This document shows positions 28,143-36,982 of a stretch of DNA of 59,478 bases, in pieces. The position numbers and the translations under genes were made by a program. Source of the stretch: an uncultured Solibacteraceae bacterium. GTDB taxonomy: Bacteria; Acidobacteriota; Terriglobia; Bryobacterales; Bryobacteraceae. The notes below the pieces were generated by a model. The model was not told the origin of the DNA and did no database searches. It worked only from the letters and a program-made list of their open reading frames with translations. Every line of letters begins with the position of its first letter. Positions within the stretch are counted from its first letter, which is position 1. The stretch lies in contig CAZUAX010000002.1 in assembly GCA_964618435.1 (NCBI GenBank), positions 19,650 through 79,127 of the forward strand. Direction: 5' to 3'.

Positions 28143-29672
28143 CTATTGGGTACGCACGTTTCGGTCCTCTGTAACCGGTGCACCGGGTCTCCTGCGGCTA
28201 CCGTGCTTCAGGTAGACCCGGTGGGCTTCCGCCTTTGCTGCCGCGCCGGAGCGAACTGCCCAAAGCCGGGCTTTGGCTTGCTGGGTAGACAGCTTGTAGT
28301 CCACTACGGGTTCGGGATAATCCTTACCGATTACGCATCCCACGCTTTGCTGGAGAAGCGGGGGCATACGATGCGGTTCAGCCAGCCAGCAATCAGGAAC
28401 GCTTTCCAGCTCCGGCACATACTTGCGGATAAATACTCCGCGGGGATCCTGATCAAGCACCTGCTTGGCGGGTGAGTAGATGCGAACGGTGTTGATGCCG
28501 GTGACCCCCGATTGCATCTGGAATTGGCTGAAGTGGATACCGGGTTCGAAGTCGAGGAAGTGCCTTGCAAGGTACACCGAGGTGGGACGCCAGTGCAGCC
28601 ATAGCTGGTAGCTGGCAAAGCTCACGAGCATCGCACGCATTCGGAAGTTGATCCAACCCCCGCGAAGCAGCGCTCGCATGCAGGCGTCCACCATGGGATA
28701 TCCGGTCTGTCCCGCGCACCAAGCTTCAAAGTAGCCTTGGTTGAAATGGTCTTCACGCAGGCCATCATAGGCTCGCGACATGTTCTCAAACTCGATATCA
28801 GGCTCGTCTTCGAGTTTCTGCATAAAGTGGCAATGCCATCGGAGACGCCCACCAAAAGACTGCAGGCTGCCGAACCAGCGATTGTCCACCGGAATTCCTT
28901 CCGCCTTTTGCGCCTTCAGCTCCAGCACGCGATCCCGTTGCGCGTGGTAGACCTGACGCATGGAGACGTTACCCCAGGTGAGGTAAGGACTAAGCCGGCT
29001 GCAGCCATCCCACCCTTCCACCGGGCTCGACATGTCTGCGCGGTAATTCACGCCACGGTACGAGAGGAAGCTGTGGAGGGTTTCATGCGCCCACTTCTCT
29101 CCGGCAGGCTGTGCGTCAGATTTACTGTCCGCGGGTAAACCGGCCGCGCGATGGCTCAAAACGTCGCCGGGGTCTGCAATTGTGGGCGAAACGATGTGGG
29201 ATGGAGCGGGCGTGAGCGGTTTTTCCATCTCCTGCAGCCAGCGTTCCGACCAGCCATCCCGTAGTTTCATGCGCCTGACAATGCCGTGCTGCTTGCGTTC
29301 GTGCCACGGAAGCTGACGCGACGCGGCCCACGCCTGCACCCGGAGGTCACGGTGGTAGCTACGCCGATTTCCCGTTTCACGATGGCTCCACAGCGCCTCG
29401 AAGCGATACTCGCGCCATAGTGCTTCCAGTACGGCGGTCGCCTCACCCCGCCGCAACAACAACTCCCCACCCAGCGTCCGCAAGTTTCCCCGCAGTTCTT
29501 CCAGGCTACGGTTGACGAACGTGAGGTGCGAAGGATCAAACTCCGGCTCTCGAAGCATGTCGTCTTCGTAAATATAGAGGACCATTACCGGGCCGCGAGT
29601 GGCGGCCTCCGCCAGCGGTGCATGATCCGCAATGCGGAGGTCTCTCTTCAACCAAACCAGTTGCAGCCCCAT
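28143..29672 (-). CDS. cryptochrome/photolyase family flavoprotein (subclass not assignable by eye)
   Basis: ORF 28143..29795, start trimmed to the ATG at 29672 (MGLQLVWLKRDLRIADHAPL, typical photolyase N-terminus). FAD-binding domain motifs are SRLSPYLTWG, TGYPMVDACMRALLRGGWINFRMR and RIYSPAKQ. Confidence 0.8.
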   Translation of the reverse strand: MGLQLVWLKRDLRIADHAPLAEAATRGPVMVLYIYEDDMLREPEFDPSHLTFVNRSLEELRGNLRTLGGELLLRRGEATAVLEALWREYRFEALWSHRETGNRRSYHRDLRVQAWAASRQLPWHERKQHGIVRRMKLRDGWSERWLQEMEKPLTPAPSHIVSPTIADPGDVLSHRAAGLPADSKSDAQPAGEKWAHETLHSFLSYRGVNYRADMSSPVEGWDGCSRLSPYLTWGNVSMRQVYHAQRDRVLELKAQKAEGIPVDNRWFGSLQSFGGRLRWHCHFMQKLEDEPDIEFENMSRAYDGLREDHFNQGYFEAWCAGQTGYPMVDACMRALLRGGWINFRMRAMLVSFASYQLWLHWRPTSVYLARHFLDFEPGIHFSQFQMQSGVTGINTVRIYSPAKQVLDQDPRGVFIRKYVPELESVPDCWLAEPHRMPPLLQQSVGCVIGKDYPEPVVDYKLSTQQAKARLWAVRSGAAAKAEAHRVYLKHGSRRRPGAPVTEDRNVRTQ

Positions 29673-29815
29673 ACTTTTGGGTGGATGACAGCCGGTCGAC
29701 GGACGATGGAGAAGTACAGTTACCCGCGGTGGTGATAGCTTGGAAGAGTCGCGCGCCTTCAGCGCCCTGCAGAGAGGAGGGCACTCGGAGGGCAATCGCT
29801 TACGGAGACCGTCTC

Positions 29816-31249
29816 ATGCTACATCCTGACCGTTATTTTGATGCAAATCCTATTCGCCGGGACATTGCCCGGTCGCTCTACGATAAGGTGGCGGACTTGC
29901 CCCTGGTGTGTCCACATGGCCATGTGGACCCGCGCATGCTGGCGCTGAATGAGCGCTTCCCGAACCCAGCGGCGCTCATCGTCATTCCGGACCACTACAT
30001 CTTCCGCATGCTCTACTCGCAGGGTGTGCCACTCGAAGATCTGGGCATCCCACGCCAGGATGGCGGCCCGGTGGAAACCGACCCCCGCAAGATATGGCAG
30101 CGCTTCGCTGACCATTACCATCTCTTCCGGGGCACCCCCACCGGCTGCTGGCTAAAGCACGAGTTTGCCGATGTGTTCGGTGTTCACGAGACCCTCGACA
30201 ACGGCAACGCGATGATGATCTACGACAAGATCGAGAGTTGCCTGGCACAGCCGGAGTTCCTTCCGCGCGCACTTTTCGATCGTTTCCGCATCGAAGTGCT
30301 TTGCACCACAGACGCCGCCACCGACACGCTGGAATACCATCAGCAGATTCGTGATTCAGGCTGGCATGGGGTAGTACTGCCTACCTTCCGGCCCGATGCG
30401 TGTGTGAATCTGCTGGCCAGCGGGTGGAGGGCAGAGATTACCCGCCTTGGCGAACTTGTCGGGCGAGAGATTAGCAGTTTTCGCACATTTATCCAGGCGC
30501 TGGAGGATCGGCGTACGTTCTTCCGTCAGATGGGGGCACGCGCTACAGATCACGCCGCACTCTCGATGTACACTGGTGAACTCACCGAGGCTGACGCAGA
30601 GGCGATCTTCGCACGCGCCCTGGCCGGCCGCACTTCGGAGGCCGACGCTCACCTGTTCACCGGACACATGTTCATGGAACTGGCGCGCATGAGTGTGGAC
30701 GACGGACTGGTGATGCAGGTCCATCCCGGCAGCTTCCGCAATCACAACGCGGCTGTCTTTGAGCGATTTGGCGCGGATAAGGGATGTGATATCCCGCTGG
30801 GGACCGAATACACGCGGAATCTGAGGCCTCTGCTGAACAAGTTCGGCAATCATCCGGCCTTCCGGATGGTGATCTTCACGCTGGATGAGACCACGTATTC
30901 CCGGGAGCTTGCGCCGCTTGCGGGCCACTATCCCGCTCTGCGGCTTGGCCCTGCCTGGTGGTTCTTCGACAGCATCGAAGGCATGACTCGATACCGCTAT
31001 GCCACCACTGAAACTGCTGGGATCTACAATACCGCTGGCTTCAACGACGATACCCGCGCGTTTCCTTCGATCCCCGCCAGGCACGACCTCTGCCGTCGCG
31101 TAGATGCAAACTTCCTCGCCGACCTCGTGGCGCGTCACATCATCGAACAGGACGAGGCAGAGGAGATGATCAGCGACCTCGCTTACTACCTGGCCAAGCA
31201 GACCTACCGGATGGAGGACATTCGCCTGCGGGATCCGGCGCACGCCTGA
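29816..31249 (+). CDS. uxaC: glucuronate (uronate) isomerase
   Basis: ORF 29618..31249, start trimmed to the ATG at 29816, giving 477 aa. Amidohydrolase-type metal motif PHGHVDP followed by IPDHYIFRML, as in actinobacterial/acidobacterial UxaC. Assignment rests on motif recall only. Confidence 0.65.
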   Translation: MLHPDRYFDANPIRRDIARSLYDKVADLPLVCPHGHVDPRMLALNERFPNPAALIVIPDHYIFRMLYSQGVPLEDLGIPRQDGGPVETDPRKIWQRFADHYHLFRGTPTGCWLKHEFADVFGVHETLDNGNAMMIYDKIESCLAQPEFLPRALFDRFRIEVLCTTDAATDTLEYHQQIRDSGWHGVVLPTFRPDACVNLLASGWRAEITRLGELVGREISSFRTFIQALEDRRTFFRQMGARATDHAALSMYTGELTEADAEAIFARALAGRTSEADAHLFTGHMFMELARMSVDDGLVMQVHPGSFRNHNAAVFERFGADKGCDIPLGTEYTRNLRPLLNKFGNHPAFRMVIFTLDETTYSRELAPLAGHYPALRLGPAWWFFDSIEGMTRYRYATTETAGIYNTAGFNDDTRAFPSIPARHDLCRRVDANFLADLVARHIIEQDEAEEMISDLAYYLAKQTYRMEDIRLRDPAHA

Positions 31250-31269
31250 CCGCTGCGTGTCGCTACATG

Positions 31270-31308
31270 AAAGGGCCTCGCCAGTGACGGCGAGGCCCTT
31301 TCCCTTTT
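31270..31308. terminator. bidirectional intrinsic terminator hairpin
   Basis: AAAGGGCCTCGCC-agtgac-GGCGAGGCCCTTT (13-bp stem) followed by CCCTTTT. It lies between the convergent uxaC (end 31249) and glgC (end 31325). Confidence 0.8.
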
Positions 31309-31324
31309 CACGCGTAACTTACAG

Positions 31325-32581
31325 CTATACGCTTACCTTTGCAAGCTGGACGCTTGACCGGTGTCCTTCCACCACGACAATGCCGGAGTCCGTCACGACA
31401 TGACGCTTGCGATCCTCTTCCAGGTCGAAGCCAATGCGTGCCCCATCCGGAACGCTCACGTTCTTATCGAGAATCGCGCGGCGAATCTGCGCCCCACGGC
31501 CAACCTCGCAGTTATCAAAGATGATGGAGTGCTCCACCACCGATCCGGAATGAATCCGCACTCCGCGGCCCAGCACGGAGTGACGAACCTGCCCGCCACT
31601 GAGGATGCAGCTTCCGGAGACGATGGACTCAATCGCCTGTCCGCGACGGCCTTCTTCGTCAAACACAAACTTAGCTGGAGGGTCAGAATAACCCGCAGTG
31701 CGCAGTGGCCATTCCCGGTTGTAGAGATTCAAGGCGGGAGTTACCGAACGCAGGTCCATCGTGGCTTCGTAGTAAGCCTCAATGGTACCTACATCGCGCC
31801 AGTAAGGAAGTGCATCCTTTTCCTCGCCCGGGATGATGTTCTTGGCAAAGTTGTAGGCCACCAACTTCTGCTTGTCAGCCACCATCTTGGGAAGAATATT
31901 GCGGCCAAAATCATGAGAGCTTTGCGGATCCGCGGCATCTTCCTGAAGCGCCTTTACCAGTTGCTCCGTGGAGAAAACGTAGTTGCCCATCGACGCATAC
32001 ACCTGCTCGGGGTCGCTGGGCATTGTGGGGGCGTCGGCGCGCTTCTCGTGAAAGCCGATGATCTGGTCGTCCGGGTCTGTTTCGATGACGCCAAACTCGT
32101 TCGCATAGCGCTTCTCCACTGGAAGCGCAGCCACGGTAGCCACCGCCCGCTTCTCCACGTGGTACTCAATCATCTGACGGATGTTCATCCGGTAAATATG
32201 GTCAGCGCCAAAGATTACGATAACGTCCGGATTGGACTGTTCGATGAGATTGAGGTTTTGGTAGATGGCGTCCGCCGTGCCCTGGTACCATGTCTCCCCC
32301 GGTGTGCGCATCTGGGCCGGCACGGGAATAATGTAGTGGTGGTTCAGCAGCCCGCTGAACTGCCAGCCATCCCGCAGGTGCTGCAGCAGAGACTGGCTCT
32401 TAAACTGAATGAGAACGTAAATGGAATAAATCTGGGAGTTGATCAGGTTACTTAGAACAAAGTCAATGATGCGGTACTTTCCACCAAACGAAACGGCTGG
32501 CTTGGCACGCTCTTTGGTGAGCGGATAGAGTCTGGTCCCTTTGCCTCCGGCCAGCACAAATGCAAGTACACGCAATTCCAT
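31325..32581 (-). CDS. glgC: glucose-1-phosphate adenylyltransferase
   Basis: ORF 31325..32635, start trimmed to the ATG at 32581 (MELRVLAFVLAGGKGTRLYPLT). It has the GGxGxRL motif, KPAVSFGGKYRIIDFVLSN, and a C-terminal left-handed beta-helix repeat region. Confidence 0.9.
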   Translation of the reverse strand: MELRVLAFVLAGGKGTRLYPLTKERAKPAVSFGGKYRIIDFVLSNLINSQIYSIYVLIQFKSQSLLQHLRDGWQFSGLLNHHYIIPVPAQMRTPGETWYQGTADAIYQNLNLIEQSNPDVIVIFGADHIYRMNIRQMIEYHVEKRAVATVAALPVEKRYANEFGVIETDPDDQIIGFHEKRADAPTMPSDPEQVYASMGNYVFSTEQLVKALQEDAADPQSSHDFGRNILPKMVADKQKLVAYNFAKNIIPGEEKDALPYWRDVGTIEAYYEATMDLRSVTPALNLYNREWPLRTAGYSDPPAKFVFDEEGRRGQAIESIVSGSCILSGGQVRHSVLGRGVRIHSGSVVEHSIIFDNCEVGRGAQIRRAILDKNVSVPDGARIGFDLEEDRKRHVVTDSGIVVVEGHRSSVQLAKVSV

Positions 32582-32734
32582 AATCGTTCCCCCAAGGATT
32601 TGGCGTTCCATCGCTGTCGGTTTCGCCGATGACAACGACCCTTTATTTTGTCAACCCTTGTCTTCAGAAACAACAGGACTTGCATGTGTTTCTCTGAATC
32701 TTCATGACACCGCCAAAAAGAATTCAGGTAGACA

Positions 32735-34012
32735 TCAGCGCCGTGAACCCGGCGGAGCGGGAGGTGCCCCGGGCCCGGGCTGAGGAAATCCCGTGTTCCC
32801 TCCGCGCCCTGTCCGTCCGCCCGGATTGAAGGTGGGGGCGCCACCCAGCCCAGGCACGGTGGGATTCCTACCCCCACCGGCATTCTGCTGGCTGCGGGTA
32901 GCCTGCTGGCGCGCATCAAATACAAACTCCCACTTGTGAATGGATTCCTGCTCTTCGTACACCTTGATGCCCTTCATCTCAAAACGCGAAGCCACTCCAG
33001 CAATTCCGGCACCAAAGCCCTGCGCTGCATTCGCCCCCTGGGCAAGCCCGCGTCGTTGCTGGATGCCTTCCAACCCACCGGGCACCGGGGTGGTAAGTAA
33101 CCCGCCGATGATTTCCGCTGCGCTCCTGCCCGATTGTCCATCACCTGTGCGGGCGGGGGACCCCACCGCCGGCGGGACTCCGCCGCCCTGCGCCTGGCTC
33201 GTTTGCGCATTGGCGCGCGCGATGGCCTCGGCAGGGTTCTCAATAATCGGGATGCCGCCTGGCCCGAGTCGGGGCTGGCTACCCGATGGCGCAGCATCAG
33301 CACCTGGAGACGCACCGGCTTGGGGCTGCTGTTGGCCTGCGGCATCGGCGTTCTGCTCGCCCTGCTGCACCAGGTTGCCGCCAGCATCCAGCAGGGGCAC
33401 CAATCCTTCGTCCAGCGGGTTGGCTGGCGTCGCCGGGCTTTCCCCAGGCATGCCCGGGGTCTGGCCGGCAACCGGCGCCCCAGCCGCCGCGCCGCCGCCA
33501 GGGAAATCCGCATTCGCCAGCAGGTCTTCCCCGCTGCGCTGCCGCGCGAGTGCGCTGTTTTCGGCGATGTTCGCGTCGTCCGCAGGCGCGGAGGCGGTCA
33601 ATTGACCTCCCACCGGGCGCTTTTTCTGCACCAGGGAATTCTCCAGTTCACCCGCCGCATTGATGCGAATGATCCGCCAATCGTCCTTCCCGGTCAGGGG
33701 GTCTTTGTAGCGCCGGCGAAGGAATCGGGCATCCTGCTGCCTCTCCAGGTCCTCAATCTTGTCGGGGTACCTGTTGTTTTTCCGAACATATAGCTCCACG
33801 GCGCGACGATACTCCCTGCCCCGCTGCAACAACAGTTCTTCACGATCGCGCTGCGCTTCAAAGGCGACTCGCGGCAATTGCATGTAAAGGAAAATGGCGG
33901 CAGCGGCGGCCATCGCAAACACCAGCAGCAAGGCAAAGCCCTTCTGTCTATCGCGGGGGAGTCTTCTAATTTCCGAGCACGGTGTTTGCCGCATCATGAA
34001 CCTAGCCCCCAC
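32735..34012 (-). CDS. pseudopilin-like protein (GspK/GspG-like N-terminus) with a long Gly/Ala/Pro/Gln-rich region
   Basis: 425 aa. Class-III-signal-like RDRQKG/FALLLVFAMAAAAAIF with Leu rather than Glu at +5. The next segment, YVRKNNRYPDKIEDL...RFLRRRYKDPLTGKDDW, resembles the GspG-type pseudopilin fold. It is followed by ~250 aa of low complexity. The start could instead be at 33997. Confidence 0.6.
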   Translation of the reverse strand: MGARFMMRQTPCSEIRRLPRDRQKGFALLLVFAMAAAAAIFLYMQLPRVAFEAQRDREELLLQRGREYRRAVELYVRKNNRYPDKIEDLERQQDARFLRRRYKDPLTGKDDWRIIRINAAGELENSLVQKKRPVGGQLTASAPADDANIAENSALARQRSGEDLLANADFPGGGAAAGAPVAGQTPGMPGESPATPANPLDEGLVPLLDAGGNLVQQGEQNADAAGQQQPQAGASPGADAAPSGSQPRLGPGGIPIIENPAEAIARANAQTSQAQGGGVPPAVGSPARTGDGQSGRSAAEIIGGLLTTPVPGGLEGIQQRRGLAQGANAAQGFGAGIAGVASRFEMKGIKVYEEQESIHKWEFVFDARQQATRSQQNAGGGRNPTVPGLGGAPTFNPGGRTGRGGNTGFPQPGPGAPPAPPGSRR

Positions 34013-34760
34013 TCTCTGCCTGAAGGCTCAGTGTCTGCCGGTTGTCATGTTGGGTATCTTCCACGATGGCGCTGCGCGGGCCGATCTCTATCACCTTGTA
34101 GCGCTCACGGATCACTTCGCCTTCAGCGGCAATGCGGATGTCTTCACCCTCCATAAAGAAAGCGCGCTTATCGGATGTCTGCCGCGGGTCGGCAAAGCCG
34201 TAATACCGCAGCGGAATGGGCGGAGGTGGTGGCTTCACCGGTTCAGAGGGCGTGGCAGGACGGGAAGCGTCCACCGGCAAACCGTCCGGGCCAAGGGGTT
34301 TGGGAATAATCTTCGGCTCTGGCGGCTTGGGAGGTGAAGGAGCCTCGCCGAACTGGAATAGATTTCGCCCCGTGCCACGCAAACGCACATCCTGCAGCTT
34401 GGCGAGAACGCCCAGGTTCAGGGTGGGGTCCACTTGGGTAGGGTCAAGCTGAGTCTCACTGCGCTCGGCCTTGAAGACAGGACGAAACTCCCCGGATCGT
34501 CCGCCTCCGCCACTGCCACGAACGGCGCCGCGCACCGCACCGCCACGAGGCGCCATGGCGCCCTGCACCGCCAGTGCGGGAGGTTGCGCACTGTTCACGG
34601 TTGTGGCAGAGGTTGACGCAGAGCCAGACACGGCGGGCGTACGCCTATTGGCCGGGGGCGCCGGGTTGGAGGGCATCAGATTGATATATGCGGAAATCGC
34701 TGCCACGCCCAGCAACGCAATCAGAATGACCACCTTCTTCGGTTCCGCGCCCAACGTCAT
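34002..34760 (-). CDS. PilP/GspC-like inner-membrane-anchored protein, Pro-rich linker
   Basis: 252 aa. It has an N-terminal TM (VVILIALLGVAAISAYI), Pro-rich stretches (PSPPKPPEPKIIPKP, VKPPPPPIP) and a C-terminal beta-domain pattern LRYYGFAD...AFFMEGEDIRIAAEGEVIRERYKVIEIGPRSAIVED. Confidence 0.55.
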   Translation of the reverse strand: MTLGAEPKKVVILIALLGVAAISAYINLMPSNPAPPANRRTPAVSGSASTSATTVNSAQPPALAVQGAMAPRGGAVRGAVRGSGGGGRSGEFRPVFKAERSETQLDPTQVDPTLNLGVLAKLQDVRLRGTGRNLFQFGEAPSPPKPPEPKIIPKPLGPDGLPVDASRPATPSEPVKPPPPPIPLRYYGFADPRQTSDKRAFFMEGEDIRIAAEGEVIRERYKVIEIGPRSAIVEDTQHDNRQTLSLQAESGG

Positions 34761-35449
34761 GGCTGCGCCTCCCCGCTGCGTTCGTCGTTCGCCGGTGCGG
34801 ACACTTCCGCCGTCTTCGCCAATTCCTCAGGTAGCGCATTGTTTTGCCGAACGAACCCATAAAGTTGCGCCTGAATCTGCAAAGTCTGGCCATCCTGCTG
34901 CGGAGCCACCTGCAGACTGTCCAGAATCAATAGCCGCTCAGAATGGTCAATCGCGCTCCCAAACTCCACCAGGTCCGCGTAGGTGCCCTCGTAGTTCGCG
35001 GCGATGGTTAGCATCACGTAGTCGGCGGTACCCTCAATGGCCTCGATGCCGAAGGTCTTGCCGCGCGGTCGGATGCCAACACGCGTCTCCATCGCATCCA
35101 GTGTTTGTAGAATTTCTGACGCCGCGCGCCGTTGCTCCAGAAAGTAGGTCTGAATAAAGCGCGCGCCTTCCTCCTCCCCCGTTTGCATTTTGGTGGCCAG
35201 CGCACCCACGCTCTCCAAGCCCTGTCGCTGCTGCCGCAACTGGGATTCCAGGCGGGAGCGACTGGCCTCGAGTCCTTCCGGAGAACCGCCAAAGGGCTCC
35301 AGTAAGAGGAGCGCGGCAATCAGATTCAGGGCCAGCAGCGTTCCCAGGACAATACGAGCCGTAAGTTTGGGATTCTCCGCCATGCGCGCGCGCAGCGGAG
35401 GCCTCGTCGTTTTCCGGCTCGCGCTTTGGTGGTTGTTGGCTGCCATCAT
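34757..35449 (-). CDS. pilO: PilO/GspM-like pilus assembly protein
   Basis: 230 aa with a single TM (IVLGTLLALNLIAALLLL), a coiled-coil segment and a C-terminal ferredoxin-like pattern (YVMLTIAANYEGTYADLVEFGSAIDHSERLLILDSLQV). It shows 4-nt overlap coupling. Confidence 0.6.
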   Translation of the reverse strand: MMAANNHQSASRKTTRPPLRARMAENPKLTARIVLGTLLALNLIAALLLLEPFGGSPEGLEASRSRLESQLRQQRQGLESVGALATKMQTGEEEGARFIQTYFLEQRRAASEILQTLDAMETRVGIRPRGKTFGIEAIEGTADYVMLTIAANYEGTYADLVEFGSAIDHSERLLILDSLQVAPQQDGQTLQIQAQLYGFVRQNNALPEELAKTAEVSAPANDERSGEAQP

Positions 35450-35461
35450 CGTTACTCGCTT

Positions 35462-36028
35462 CTACAGCTTCTGGCTGTAATTTACGCTGATCCGATAGCG
35501 ATAGTTTGGCTCGCCTTCCGTGGGAGCCAGCGTGGTGTGAATCTCCGTGGGGCCAAACAGCGGGCTGCCCTCCATACGGCGCAGCATCTGCACTACCGGC
35601 TCCCCTGACGGCGACGCGACATCCATATCCAGAAGCACGGCGTTCCCCGGATTCACCTGCGGACGCACACGAACCAGCCGCACGTTGTAGGGCAGCACCG
35701 TTCCCAGGTCATCGAATAACCGCGTCCAGCTAATGCCCTTCCGCGTAATCAAGGAATTGATGAACACAGTCTGCTCAAGAGACTCCGCATACCGGGGATC
35801 ACGGAATACCGCTTCGTGCCCGGCACGGCGCCGCTGGATATCATCCAGTTCCGCCTGCAAGGATGCGATTCTCGCACGGGTCTCCCGAGCTTCCCATCGA
35901 TTGGAGACGTTGAGGTAAACCAGCAGCGCGAAGCTCACGAGCAACAGCAGACCGAAGATACCAGCGACAACCAGCACTGGCCGCTTGCGCGCAAACGGTT
36001 CGCTTGCCAGGTTGGTATTGATCCTCAT
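35462..36028 (-). CDS. pilN: PilN-like fimbrial assembly protein
   Basis: 188 aa. N-terminal MRINTNLASEPF resembles the PilN INLLP motif. This is followed by a TM, a coiled coil, and ISWTRLFDDLGTVLPYNVRLVRV. Confidence 0.65.
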   Translation of the reverse strand: MRINTNLASEPFARKRPVLVVAGIFGLLLLVSFALLVYLNVSNRWEARETRARIASLQAELDDIQRRRAGHEAVFRDPRYAESLEQTVFINSLITRKGISWTRLFDDLGTVLPYNVRLVRVRPQVNPGNAVLLDMDVASPSGEPVVQMLRRMEGSPLFGPTEIHTTLAPTEGEPNYRYRISVNYSQKL

Positions 36029-36945
36029 GGGCGCATCTCCCGGAGGCCCGACAAATAGCCGAGCGCTCCTGCATTCACCGCGGTTGGCGCTCCGTACGGG
36101 GAAGCAAGCTGCGCTACCGGAACTCCAAATTCACGCTCTAACGCGGCCATTAAGTCGCCACTCTCCGCATCCATGCCGCACACGAGCAGACGATCCGCCC
36201 GCGTCATCAGTCGATCCTCCACCGTGGCCAAGGTAGGGTGCAGCAAACCCAGCAACTCCTCCCAGCTTAGCGCCAGCATCTCTACCGTGCGGAATAACCG
36301 CAGAATTCCCCTCTGCAAGACGGCCACGGTCGCCACCTTGCCGCTCCACTTGGCCATCACGCTAATCCCATCGTCGGGCAGCAGCGACAGCGCCGCCAGT
36401 GCACTGGAGGTCACAAAACCCGGATGGCTACCCATCTGGCGTAACAGACTCTCATACTCCGCCAGCACATGGAGCGGACACATGGCCGCCACCACCGCGA
36501 ATCCTCCCTCGGGCAAGGGGAAGGAGGTGAAGCTTAGCCGAGCCGAATCCAGGTCGTAGGGTACAATCTTGCGCAGGCGGAAGCGAACGAGAGGGTCCTG
36601 TTCCTCCGCGCGTGCGGGAAACTCCTCAAAGTCGAGCACGGAAACGCGCACGCTATAGTCTGGCAGCACCAGCGCACACTGGGGTTCGCGGCCTCCGGGC
36701 AACGAGAGTGGTACCGCGCGCAGTGCCTCCAGCGCAGCGTCGTAGTTCTTGAAGTTGCTCTCCACGGGAGACGGTGCCAGCACACCGGCGGGAAGCGGCT
36801 GCCAACGCGGCAGAGGGGGTTCCCCCGTAGACGCGTATAGGATGCCTTGAGCCGAAAATTCCAGCACCCACTGCGGGGGCGGGTCCTGCAGCCAGCGTTC
36901 CAGCATCCGAGGAAGGCGAGGCATCTGGAGAGCCTGGGTCAGCAT
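36025..36945 (-). CDS. pilM: PilM/GspL-like actin-fold assembly protein
   Basis: 306 aa and cytoplasmic. The segment ALVLPDYSVRVSVLDFEEFPARAEEQDPLVRFRLRKIVPYDLDSARLSF matches the PilM N-terminal pattern. It overlaps the pilN-like start by 4 nt. Confidence 0.6.
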   Translation of the reverse strand: MLTQALQMPRLPRMLERWLQDPPPQWVLEFSAQGILYASTGEPPLPRWQPLPAGVLAPSPVESNFKNYDAALEALRAVPLSLPGGREPQCALVLPDYSVRVSVLDFEEFPARAEEQDPLVRFRLRKIVPYDLDSARLSFTSFPLPEGGFAVVAAMCPLHVLAEYESLLRQMGSHPGFVTSSALAALSLLPDDGISVMAKWSGKVATVAVLQRGILRLFRTVEMLALSWEELLGLLHPTLATVEDRLMTRADRLLVCGMDAESGDLMAALEREFGVPVAQLASPYGAPTAVNAGALGYLSGLREMRP

Positions 36946-36982
36946 GGCGAAATCCTCGATGGAGCGTGTTCCATTTGCATGG

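Noticed and set aside
29618-29795. An apparent 178-bp overlap of the divergent photolyase and uxaC ORFs.
   Set aside because: This is an artefact of maximal ORF extension. Family-typical N-termini start at the ATG at 29672 (MGLQLVWLKRDLR) and the ATG at 29816 (MLHPDRYF), which leaves a normal 143-bp divergent promoter region.
31361-32455. A 364-aa plus-strand ORF antisense to glgC.
   Set aside because: glgC on the minus strand has unambiguous family motifs. The antisense frame has no motifs and an odd composition. This is a shadow ORF typical of high-GC genomes.
33000-33600. Repetitive-looking GC-rich DNA that might be a tandem repeat or CRISPR-like array.
   Set aside because: There are no exact periodic repeats or spacers. 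The pattern is codon-level low complexity encoding the Gly/Ala/Pro/Gln-rich region of the pseudopilin-like protein.
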